Of a stretch of DNA of 64,000 bases, positions 50,151-61,030 are shown in pieces; within the stretch, counting starts at the first letter, position 1; the number at the start of each line of letters is the position of its first letter. The position numbers and the translations under genes were made by a program. The DNA is taken from contig NIVC01000625.1 of assembly GCA_002269645.1 (NCBI GenBank), forward strand, positions 1 through 64,000, in the 5' to 3' direction. The notes below the pieces were generated by a model. That model saw nothing but the letters and a program-made list of their open reading frames with translations, was not told the origin of the DNA and did not search any database. Source of the DNA: Macrostomum lignano (taxonomy: Eukaryota).

Positions 50151-50994
50151 ATGTCAGATTTTGAGCTCAGAGTTTTTTACTTGCTAAAAATATTTTTGAA
50201 TTCGATGTTCGGAATCTTCAATACATTCTAATCGGCTCTTGGACCAGCAGTCGCGATGAAGCCATCGCCCAGACTCTCACCTTGCATGTCCGCCACTCCC
50301 ACCGAGCTCTCGGTCTGCCTGCTCTGCTCCAGCCGTTGGCTGGCCACTCCGCCATTGAATCACTCAGCCGTTTTTGTCACCTGTTCCACCTGATGCTCGC
50401 TTCCTTATTTTGCTAATCCCGGCTCATTAGTGAATTAGCCGCGTTGCTTCCCATTGTTGTTGTTATAATTTTATTGCCTCTGTGATTCCTTTATACCCGC
50501 CTCTATGCGCACTTGAGTCAGCCCCCGCCACCCCCGTGTAGCTCTGAACTGAATTCAATGCACTGCGCCCCCTGCGGAGAGATTTTTATACTTACTGATG
50601 ATTCCGATTGATCCGCTGCGACTTGCTGATTCTGTGAGTTCTATGAAATACACCGACTGTAATTAGTCCTCCGCCTCTCAAGCCGGCCAGCTTTGCCTTC
50701 ACGAAACCGCCTGGTGCTGCTTGCGGATTCAAATTTGTGCGCTTCAGACTGACTGACTGCTCATCACTTGAGGGCTTGCTTGTGCTGCGGGCCTGGGGGC
50801 CTCCTGGCCAGCGGTGGGGAACAGCCTGGGAATGGAACCGTCTGCCACCCTGGTTCCCACCAATGCCCTAAAGTGCTGACCAAGGCCCAAACCCTGACAG
50901 GGAAAGGGCAGCAAAACGGGGACGAGGGGGGAGGGGGGGTTGGGGCCACGCTAACAAGACTGGGCCAAGGCCCGAACCCTGGCTATGGGAGAAA

Positions 50995-51892
50995 AACTGG
51001 AGGAGGGGTTGGGGCCAACCCCACACCCTAGCAGGGGCTCGAAAGCGGAGGAGGGGTTGGGGCCAACCCCACACCCTGGCAGGGGCAGGAAAACGGGGGT
51101 TGGAGCCAACCCCACACCCTAGCAGGGGCAGGAAAACGGGGGTTGGGGCCAACCCCACACCCTGGCAGGGGCAGGAAAGGCGGGGGTTGGGGCCAACCCC
51201 ACACCCTGGCAGGGGCAGGAAAGGCGGGGGTTGGAGCCAACCCCAAACCCTAGCAGGGGCACGAAAACGGGGGTTGGGGCCAACCCCACACCCTGGCAGG
51301 GGCAGGAAAGGCGGGGGTTGGGGCCAACCCCACACCCTGGCAGGGGCAGGAAAACGGGGTTGGGGCCAACCCCACACCCTAGCAGGGGCAGGAAAACGGG
51401 GGTTGGGGCCAACCCCACACCCTGGCAGGGGCAGGAAAGGCGGGGGTTGGGGCCAACCCCACACCCTAGCAGGGGCAGGAAAGGCGGGGGTTGGAGCCAA
51501 CCCCACACCCTAGCAGGGGCAGGAAAACGGGGGTTGGGGCCAACCCCACACCCTGGCAGGGGCAGGAAAGCGGGTGTTGGGGCCAACCCCACACCCTGGC
51601 AGGGGCAGGAAAACGGTGGTTGGGGCCAACCCCACACCCTGGCAGGGGCAGGAAAGCGGTGGTTGGGGCCAACCCCACACCCTGGCAGGGGCAGGAAAAC
51701 GGGGTTGGGGCCAACCCCACACCCTGGCAGGGGCTCGAAAGCGGGGGTTGGGGCCAACCCCACACCCTGGCAGGGGCAGGAAAACGGTGGTTGGGGCCAA
51801 CCCCACACCCTGGCAGGGGCAGGAAAGCGGGGGTTGGGGCCAACCCCACACCCTGGCAGGGGCAGGAAAACGGGGGTTGGGGCCAACCCCAC
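50995..51892. repeat. 42-43-bp G-rich repeat with an internal hairpin (GGGGTTGG-GG-CCAACCCC)
   Basis: About 21 copies. Confidence 0.94.
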
Positions 51893-52741
51893 TGTTGTGG
51901 CCGCTGGCCAAATGAATAAAATCACTTCACTCGAGACGAAGGAGAGGAGAGGTAGCTCTCAGCTATAGTGAGCTAAGCCAATAAATATTATCTGACTGAT
52001 ACGAGCTAGATGTACATCGATGCGCGTACGTTACATAATAGCATTGAGGGCCGCCGCCACCCTCCAAGATCCTCAGTTGCTAAGCTAACCTCACAGATCC
52101 TCAGTTGCTGGGCCAGCCTCCCAGATCCTCAGTTGCTAAGCCAACCTTCCAAGCCATACGCTTGTTCAAAGTTGACTTAAAATTTTATCAGAAGATAAAA
52201 TAAAAATTAAGTAATTGCCAGATTCACCAAATAGCCGTCGCTGCTTGTCAAGGTGTAAAAAGAGCTTCAGCAACACAACATCACTATAATGAAAGCGAAG
52301 ACATTACTAATAAAACTAAAAAAATGCAGCCATCCATGAGGCTGAGCTCAGCATCCATGAGGCTGCAGCACTCCGCCCAGCTCGGATTGGCAAGTGAGTA
52401 CTCAGTGCGCACGAGCGAGCACAAAACCATCAAAAACAAATTTCGCTTTTTCCAACTCACCCCCGCACTCAGGCCGGGGCGCTGACCGCGCTCAGGTGTT
52501 GCTAAAAATAGCAGCAGTTTGTCTCGGGCGAGAGACAGACGCGGTACTTTGCACTGCACACAGAGCTGCCTGCGCTCGCGAAGAAAGGGGGCGCGCTCAA
52601 TCCTGAATCTTAAATAGCAAGCCGTGTTTATACTTCGACTAAAGGCCGAAGTAGAGCAGAACTGCAGATAAACAAAACCCTGCGGCGAGTTCTCTGCTGC
52701 TTGCAGATATTTTAGATTTGTAGAATTTTTGAGCAGCTGGG

Positions 52742-55700
52742 ATGAGCAGCTCGCGGCACGTGCTCTACACCAAAGACGACACCGAAGAGCTGGGTGAGGA
52801 CAACGGCATCCCCCTGTCCAACCTGCAGTCCGACGACTGTCCGCTTACTGACGACTCCGATGTTGAGGAAGTCACCGTGACAAGGGAGCCGAATCAGAGT
52901 CTGGTGAGTGAGATGCAGGGCGCGGATAGAGGTGGAGATGCAGGGTGGGGAAGGAGGTGGAGATGCAGGGTGGTGGAGGTGGAGATGCAGGGCGGGGAAG
53001 GAGGTGGAGATGCAGGGCCTGGAAGGAGGTGGAGATGCAGGGCGGGGAAGGAGGTGGAGATACAGGGCGGGGAAGGAGGTGGAGATGCAGGGCGGGGAAG
53101 GAGGTGGAGATGCAGGGTGGGGAAGGAGGTGGAGATGCAGGGCGGGGAAGGAGGTGGAGATGCAGGGCGGGGAAGGAGGTGGAGATGCAGGGCGGGGAAG
53201 GAGGTGGAGATGCAGGGCGGGGAAGGAGGTGGAGATGCAGGGCGGGGAAGAAGGTGGAGATGCAGGGTGGGGAAGGAGGTGGAGATGCAGGGCGGGGAAG
53301 GAGGTGGAGATGCAGGGCGGGGAAGGAGGTGGAGATGCAGGGCGGGGAAGGAGGTGGAGATGCAGGGTGGTGGAGGTGGAGATGCAGGGCGGGGAAGGAG
53401 GTGGAGATGCAGGGTGGGGAAGGAGGTGGAGATGCAGGGTGGGGAAGGAGGTGGAGATGCAGGGCGGGGAAGGAGGTGGAGATGCAGGGCGGGGAAGGAG
53501 GTGGAGATGCAGGGCGGGGAAGGAGGTGGAGATGCAGGGTGGGGAAGGAGGTGGAGATGCAGGGCGGGGAAGGAGGTGGAGATGCAGGGCCTGGAAGGAG
53601 GTGGAGATGCAGGGCGGGGAAGGAGGTGGAGATACAGGGCGGGGAAGGAGGTGGAGATGCAGGGCGGGGAAGGAGGTGGAGATGCAGGGCGGGGAAGGAG
53701 GTGGAGATACAGGGTGGGGAAGGAGGTGGAGATGCAGGGCGGGGAAGGAGGTGGAGATGCAGGGCGGGGAAGGAGGTGGAGATGCAGGGCGGGGAAGAAG
53801 GTGGAGATGCAGGGCGGGGAAGAAGGTGGAGATGCAGGGCGGGGAAGAAGTGAAGATGCAGGCTAGGGAGGGAACTGGAGATGCAGGGAGGTAGAGATGT
53901 AGGGTGGGGAGGAGGGAGCAGCGCGGTGTGGCCGAATTCACCCGCCTCAGCTGTCCCGCGCCACCCCGCAGGGCTTCTCCGTGATCACCGAGGCCGGGGA
54001 GCTGAAGGTCGGCCGTGTCATCGTCGACAGTCCCTGCCACGATCAGCTAAGAGTGGGCGATCGCTTGCTGGCTGTGAATGGCCTCCAGGCTGCGGGGCTG
54101 AGTCCGGGGGAGCTCTCCTCTCGTCTGGTGAGTCACCAAGTTGGTGTAGAATTTTACGGTTTGAGAATGGGGATCAATGTACATTTCTTATCAGGATGAA
54201 TGTACATTGCTTATCGGGATGAATGTACATTGCTAATCAGGATGAATGTACATTGCTTATCAGGATGAATGTACATTGCTTATCGGGGATGAATGTACAT
54301 TGCTTATCGGGGATAAATGTAAATTTCTTATTGGGATAATGAATGTTCTTTGCTTATCGGGATGAATGTACTTTGCTTATTGAGACGAATGTGTACTGTG
54401 CCGCCCCCCCCCCCAAGAATCAGGAACAGGCACCTGAGCTGACTTTCAAAGTACGCCGGGCTTCCGTGAACGGAAACGCAGCCCCAACCATCGAAGTTGA
54501 GCACCTGAGGGCTCCCTACGATTATGACGCCAGCAAGGACTGCCAGTGCCCGTGCAAGAGTGTCGGTCTGGCCTTCAAGCAAGGTGACATCATCCGAGTT
54601 CTGAACAAGAGCGATCGCAACTGGTGGCAGGGCCGCGTCCTGCAAGCGGATGGGTCCTTGGGAACAGCTGGCATTTTCCCGGCGCCCAAGTTCCAGAGAA
54701 AGCACTTGTGAGTGAGCCGGTGTTCCAGAATCAGCTGCAGATAGATCACTCACCTACCCTCAGCTGCAGATAGATCACTCACCTACTCTCAGCAGCAGAT
54801 AGATCACTCACTCACCTACTCTCAGCTGCAGATAGATCACTCACCTACCCTCAGCTGCAGATAGATTACTCACCTACCTACCCTCAGCTGCAGATAGATC
54901 ACTCACCTACCCTCAGCTGCAGATAGATCACTCACTCACCTACTCTCAGCTGCAGATAGATCACTCACCTACCCTCAGCTGCAGATAGATCACTCACCTA
55001 CCCTCAGCTGCAGATAGATCACTCACCTACCCTCAGCTGCAGATAGATCACTCACCTACCCTCAGCTGCAGATAGATCACTCACCTACCTGCCCTCAGCT
55101 GCAGATAGATCACTCACCTACCTGCCCTCAGCTGCAGATAGATCACTCACCTACTCTCAGCTGCAGATAGATCACTCACTCACCTACTCTCAGCTGCAGA
55201 TAGATCACTCACCTACCCTCAGCTGCAGATAGATCACTCACCTACCTGCCCTCAGCTGCAGATAGATCACTCACCTACCCTCAGCTGCAGATAGATCTCT
55301 CACCTACCCTCAGCTGCAGATAGATCACTCACCTACCTGCCCTCAGCTGCAGATAGATCACTCACCTACCCTCAGCTGCAGATAGATCACTCACCTACCC
55401 TCAGCTGCAGATAGATCTCTCACCTACCCTCAGCTGCAGATAGATCACTCACCTACCTGCCCTCAGCTGCAGATAGATCACTCACCTACCCTCAGCTGCA
55501 GATAGATCACTCACCTACCTACCCTCAGCTGCAGATAGATCACTCACCTGCCCTCAGCTGCAGATAGATCACTCACCTACCTACCCTCAGCTGCAGATAG
55601 ATCACTCACCTGCCCTCAGCTGCAGATAGATCACTCACCTACCCTCAGCTGCAGATAGATCTCTCTCCCGCCCACAGAAAATCAGACATGGCCGTGGATT

Positions 55701-56915
55701 TCGAGTCGGTGACCTTGCAAGACTCCGGGCACCGCCCGAATCTCCTCATCCTGGTGGGCCCTCCGCGCGGCGGTCGGCATGAGCTGCAGGCCGCCCTCTG
55801 TCAGAAGCGCCCGGACCTCTTCGCTCTCCCGGAGTGCCACACAAGCCGCCTGCGCAGACTAGAGGAGGCTGAGGCCGCTGGCTTCTGCTTCATCAGCAAA
55901 AAGGAGTTCAAAAGGTTTCGTAAGGCTGGCGAGTTTGTGGAGCAATGGAAAGCCGAGGACGGCAGCTGCGGCATTCACATCGAGAGCGTCAAGAGGGTGA
56001 TGGACAGCGGCCGAGTCTGCGTGCTGGCGCTGCGCCCCGACAGCCTGGAGGCCCTGCGGAGCCGCCGGCCGCCTCTCATGCCCTTCACAGTCTTCGTTCT
56101 GCCGCCTCAGCAGCCACAGCAGCTGCGGGACATCCTCGGGCAGCTGGAAGATAACGAGGAACTAACCACTGTGAGCACCATCACTCACTCACTCTGAGCA
56201 CCATCACTCACTCACTGTGAGCACCATCACTCACTGTGAGCACCATCACTCACTGTGAGCACCATCACTCACTGTGAGCACCATCACTCACTCACTCTGA
56301 GCACCATCACTCACTGAGCACCATCACTCACTCACTGTGAGCACCATCACTCACTCACTGAGCACCATCACTTACTCACTGTGAGCACCATCACTCACTC
56401 ACTGTGAGCACCATCACTCACTGTGAGCACCATCACTCACTCACTGAGCCCCATCACTCACTCAGTGAGCACCATCACTCACTCACTGAGCACCATCACT
56501 CACTCACTGTGAGCACCATCACTCACTCACTGAGCACCATCACTCACTCACTGTGAGCACCATCACTCACTGTGAGCACCATCACTCACTCACTGTGAGC
56601 ACCATCACTCACTCACTGAGCCCCATCACTCACTCAGTGAGCACCATCACTCACTCACTGAGCACCATCACTCACTCACCCTCCAACACTCCCCAGCTCT
56701 CATAATGACTCAATGGCCCTCCTCTACCGCAGGACCATTCGTTCGTCAGTCGCCTGTCCTCCGTGATCAAGTTCGACATGGGGCACCTGTGCGACCTGTT
56801 CCTGCAGCTGACAGACCTTAGTTCCGCTGTCCAGCAGCTGGTGGAGCAGCTGGAAAAGCTGAGCACTCAGCGTCAGTGGGTGCCCAGTGCCTGGCTGGAG
56901 GACTCAACCCGATGA
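52742..56915 (+). CDS. p55-subfamily MAGUK 2 (PDZ-SH3-GUK, no L27 seen); exons 52742-52903, 53972-54127, 54418-54707, 55678-56170, 56733-56915
   Basis: PDZ EPNQSL/GFSV...LRVGDRLLAVNG; SH3 LRAPYDYD...CPCKSVGLAFKQGDII...NWWQG; GUK LILVGPPRGGRHEL...QWVPSAW. Splice phases are consistent. Confidence 0.87.
52910..53890. repeat. 25-bp purine-rich repeat (GGAGGTGGAGATGCAGGGCGGGGAA) in MAGUK-2 intron 1
   Basis: About 39 copies. The long G/R-rich ORFs here are artefacts. Confidence 0.95.
54165..54375. repeat. 23-bp repeat (GGATGAATGTACATTGCTTATCG) in MAGUK-2 intron 2
   Basis: About 9 copies. Confidence 0.9.
54730..55662. repeat. ~29-bp repeat (CAGCTGCAGATAGATCACTCACCTACCCT) in MAGUK-2 intron 3
   Basis: About 30 copies. 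Confidence 0.94.
56165..56680. repeat. 19-23-bp repeat (CACTGTGAGCACCATCACTCACT) beginning at the MAGUK-2 intron 4 donor
   Basis: About 23 copies. The first copy spans the exon/intron boundary. Confidence 0.92.
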
Positions 56916-57282
56916 AGAAAGAAGCTGCTGCCACACCCTAGCCGAGACTCGCTGTGTACAAAATCGTCTTTTGTGGCTGTCAATTATTTATTTGTGATTC
57001 GAGAAATGCTAATTTGCACTGCCTGCCTCTACTCAAGCTCACTATATGCAACAGTTTTGCGTAATTCAATAATCCGAATTTTTCATCCACTGCTGCGTTT
57101 CTTTGCAAATCAAAAAGTCAAAGAAATTAATTAGTTTTATTTCAGTAATTATGAGAACTTCACACCGGGCCTTTTCATGTTAATTTGGTTAATTGGTTAG
57201 TGAATTACTGCTTACTGAGCAACTATTTGTTCGTATAATTTTCCTCATTCTATTTGCCCACTGGGCGGGGGTTTAAACAACC

Positions 57283-57700
57283 ACCCCATTCTCTCCTCCC
57301 CAGTTCATTCAACTGATTGGCCGGGAGCTTGGTCCACGACCCCATTCTCTCCCCTCTGTTCTTTCCCTGATTGGCCGGGAGCTTGGTCCATCAACCCATT
57401 CTCTCTCCTCTGTTCTTTCCCTGATTGGCCGGGAGCTTGGTCCATCACCCCGTTCTCTCTCCTCTGTTCTTTCACTGATTGGTCGGGAGCTTGGTCCACC
57501 ACCCCATTCTCTCTCCTCTGCTCTTTCCCTGATTGGCCGGGAGCTTGGTCCACCACCCCATTCTCTCCCCTCTGTTCTTTCCCTGATTGGCCGGGAGCTT
57601 GGTCCACCACCCCATTCTCTCTCCTCTGTTCTTTCACTGCATGATTGGCCGGGAGCTTGGTCCACCACCCCATTCTCTCTCCTATGTCCTTTCACTGATT
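57283..57700. repeat. 54-bp repeat containing TGATTGG (CCAAT box on the minus strand)
   Basis: About 7 copies, period 54. Confidence 0.92.
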
Positions 57701-57815
57701 GGCCGCGGGGTTGGTCCAGCAGCCCATGTTTTCGTGGTAACTCTGAATTTTTTACAACAGGATCAAATGTAGGATCAAGATTTAAGTCAAACTACCGAAG
57801 CGAAAACAGCTGCAG

Positions 57816-58462
57816 TTAGTATCTTGGCCGGACGCACACCTTGAACGGGGTGCCGTAGCCGGACCGGCCCTCCCACTCGCAGAAGGAGCTGCAGCACTGC
57901 CACCACTGGATGCAGGACTCGCCGAGGCCGTGGCATTGGTTCAGGTGGCTTCTGCACCCGTGAGCTGCGCTGTACAGCAGAGCTGTGGGTTTTTAAAATG
58001 CGCCGATATTTCTAACACCTACTATGAGTAGCATACAACAACAACAACAACAGAGTACGCTGCCAGATCACAAAAGCAGCGTCAGATGGCGCGCTTCAAA
58101 GCTTGGGCGCGAACAAAAGCCGCACCGCCGACAGAGTCCGGGGCGCCGGCGTCAGCCAGCAGACAGTCGACGTAGCGCCGAGTCCTCGCCTGTCCCCGCC
58201 GGTAGGGTGCCTGCAACGTAAGTAGCAGCGCCTCCTGCACCGGCTCCGGGCAGTAGGCCTCGGCGCGGATGGCGTGGCCTGCCAGCTGGAGTCGCCGACG
58301 GCGCAGCAGATCGCTAGGACGGGCCAGGCCGGCGCGATGATAGAGCATGCGAGTAGCGAGTAGAGTAGCATGCGACATTTAATAGTGTCTCAGCGGTGCT
58401 AAAAATGGAGCACGTGACTCACCTACTAGGAGATAGAGCATCAGAAGCGGGAGGCTGTGCAT
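57816..58462 (-). CDS. Secreted cystine-knot peptide C; exons 58462-58423 and 57982-57816 (alternative acceptor at 57964)
   Basis: MHSLPLLMLYLLV/ALLYSAAHGCRSHLNQCHGLGESCIQWWQCCSSFCEWEGRSGYGTPFKVCVRPRY*. Phase-1 intron and spacing C-x6-C-x5-CC-x3-C-x14-C. Confidence 0.82.
58035..58362 (-). mobile_element. 5'-truncated RTE-like non-LTR retrotransposon 3' end inside the peptide C intron
   Basis: Minus-strand RRRRLQLAGHAIR...RRGQARTRRYVD resembles the C-terminus of RTE-type ORFs. It has a (TTG)n tail and a candidate 9-bp TSD GAGTAGCAT at 58026-58034 and 58363-58371. Confidence 0.75.
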
Positions 58463-58671
58463 TATTGCCAGCAGATGAAGAAGTTCCTGGCACACTAAAA
58501 GCAGTGGCGGCTGCCGATGAATTAACTCACGTATGAGCTTGAGGTTTTGTTAGACTTTATTTAGGCTTTGTACTTGAGGCTTTTGGCCGTAGACAGGGAC
58601 CTCGGTGACCGGAGTGGGGCGAATTCTAAAGTTCTAAAAATAGCATCTGTAATTAAAAGCGCAGCAGTTAG

Positions 58672-59102
58672 ACTCCTCATGCCAGCTCATTATGGACTCC
58701 TCATGCCAGCTCATTATAGACTCCTCATGCCAGCTCATTATAGACTCCTCATGCCAGCTCATTATAGACTCCTCATGCCAGCTCATTATAGACTCCTCAT
58801 GCCAGCTCATTATGGACTGCTCATGCCAGCTCATTATGGACTGCTCATGCCAGCTCATTACAGACTCCTCATGCCAGCTCATTATAGACTCCTCATGCCA
58901 GCTCATTATAGACTCCTCATGCCAGCTCATTATAGACTCCTCATGCCAGCTCATTATAGACTCCTCATGCCAGCTCATTATAGACTCCTCATGCCAGCTC
59001 ATTATAGACTCCTCATGCCAGCTCATTATAGACTCCTCATGCCAGCTCATTATAGACTCCTCATGCCAGCTCATTATAGACTCCTCATACCAGCTCATTA
59101 TT
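58672..59102. repeat. 24-bp repeat (TCATTATAGACTCCTCATGCCAGC)
   Basis: About 18 copies. Confidence 0.95.
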
Positions 59103-59699
59103 GGTCCAGAAAAAAATGCTCACAAAATCGTGGGAGCCTCAGATTCCCAAATTCCGCATCATCCTATCCCCTCTCTCGTATATCCCCTATTGGGAATTGA
59201 CTCCCGTGACTCCCTTGACGCTCACTGCAGCAGGTTTTAATTGACTTGCTAGTTATAAAAGAGATGAAGTTGGTTCTGTGAGCGGCCATGCCTTTCAGAC
59301 GCTGGTTCCTGGTACTCCTCGCTCCCCCTGCTCATCCCCCTCATGCAGTGCACTCCAGTCGTGAGCCGCCAGCCCCCCCCCCCGCCCTGCTGGGAGGCTG
59401 CTCCGCTGCCAATAAAATGCCCAACCCGCCCTGCCTGCCTCAGACCCTCCGGCCATCGTGGCAACGCAGCGCCAACCGCCCGCAAACAGCGACATGCGAC
59501 CCCTGACTCTCTGCTGCCTCCTGCTGCACCGCCTTGGCTGACGACGACTACGACGGCTGCAGCAGCGATGGAAAGGAATCCCTGAGCCCCTCTGGCAACC
59601 TGAAGAACTCCGGACCGCACCAACCTGATCGGTGAGCGGCGGTGGCGGTGGTGAATGGCTGACTGTGTTGGTGAATGACTGACTGTGTTTTTTAAATCA

Positions 59700-60085
59700 C
59701 TAGCTGTCACTGAAAGTCCCTGGCTGTCACTGAGAGTCACTGGCTGTCACTGAGAGTCACTAGCTATCCCTGAGAGTCCCTGGCTGTCACTGAGAGTTAC
59801 TGGCTGTCACTGAGAGTCACTGGCTGTCACTGAGAGTCACTGGCTGTCACTGAGAGTCACTGGCTGTCACTGAGAGTCACTGGCTGTCACTGAGAGTCAC
59901 TGGCTGTCACTGCAAGTCACTGGCTGTCGCTGAGAGTCACTGGCTGTCGCTGAGAGTCACTGGCTGTCACTGAGAGTCACTGGCTGTCACTGCGAGTCAC
60001 TGGATATCACTGAGAGTCACTGGCTGTCACTGAGAGTCACTGGCTGTCACTGAGAGTCATTGACTGTCACTCAGAGTCACTGGAT
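59700..60085. repeat. 20-bp repeat (GTCACTGAGAGTCACTGGCT)
   Basis: About 18 copies. Confidence 0.93.
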
Positions 60086-60689
60086 ACCCCGGCAAACCCG
60101 CCGTATCATTGGCGGCCGCCGCTCAAACCCGACCAGTCGGTATCGTTGCGACCTCAGCGGCGGCAGGCGCCGCAGCCGGCGCAGCCCCCGGGGCCACCTC
60201 CGCTGGCCGCTGAAAGATGAGCTCCCCGCCTCGAACTCCGAATTCCAACTCGGCGTCGAAGGTCGCAGCTTGAAGAAATACCACTTTGGCGGCCGCCGCA
60301 GGCAGGGTGGCAGCGGTAGGCGGCCGGAGCTTTTGCTGTACCTACAGGCTCAAAATTCTCAATTTTGTTTAACCAGCTCAATGCTGCTTTAAAATAAACT
60401 CGCGAGTCTGTACCACTGAAGATCGTAGGAATTCCCACGGCAGGTGTTTGGGGTCAGAAGTGGCTCTACAAGTTTTGCAACTTTGACTTTGGAAAAAATT
60501 ACTTTAGACTGGGAAACAGCAGCAGAGCTGAAGCAAAGTGGCAGATCTTCCTACCTGTACATAAGAAGAAGAAGAATTTTTGATTGGCCTCACCTGTCCT
60601 AACCGACAGCTCAGCCGCAGCTACTGCGCGGCGCATCTGAAGGCTGCTTACGGCTGTTCAGTCCATGAACTGGAGGGTCGCCACAAACA

Positions 60690-60853
60690 CCCTCAATTAC
60701 CCCTCTATGTTGGCACCCATTTTACAGCGGGGTGAACTGAAGCAATGCAGAGTTAAGTGCAGCCTTGCTCAAGGACACAAATTGTTCCAAGTGGGTCGAG
60801 AATCGAACCCCCAACGTTCAAGTCGTGAGTCCGACACTCTAACGACTACGAGC
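60690..60853 (-). mobile_element. tRNA-derived CORE-SINE
   Basis: The minus strand has an A-box-like CGTAGTCGTTAGAG and B box GGTTCGATTC. These are followed by CCTTGAGCAAG..CACTTAAC...CTTCAGTT...CTGTAAAATGGG, matching the recalled MIR/CORE domain pattern. Confidence 0.7.
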
Positions 60854-61030
60854 GTAGGCTACAACCCCTCTCAATCGTATCAGACCATTGACCTGACTGA
60901 GTCCGAGTAGTTCTAGCCGCAGTCAGCGGCAGTGCTGTCTATGGCACAAATCAGGGCAGTTTAACCGACAAGCCCCAGCAGAGCCCAGCAGGCAGAAGGC
61001 ACATGGCTGCAGGGGGCACCAGTTTGGCAG

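Noticed and set aside
50768-50900. CLCCG...CHPGSHQC as a gag zinc knuckle or another knottin
   Set aside because: The spacing fits neither CCHC nor the ICK pattern, and there is no signal exon or retroelement context.
52712-54040. 300-440 aa Gly/Arg- or Pro-rich ORFs on both strands
   Set aside because: Translations of a 25-bp intronic repeat that happens to lack stops. The same applies to ORFs at 11.6, 13.6, 29.6-30.8, 37.9-39.5, 51, 58.6 and 62.3-63.3 kb.
59288-60392. GC-rich segments that might be exons of another gene, including an in-frame CDP-TGA (CxxU selenoprotein-like) and a donor near 59632
   Set aside because: No recognisable domain, no SECIS identified, and several frames are equally open. 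It cannot be supported without transcripts.
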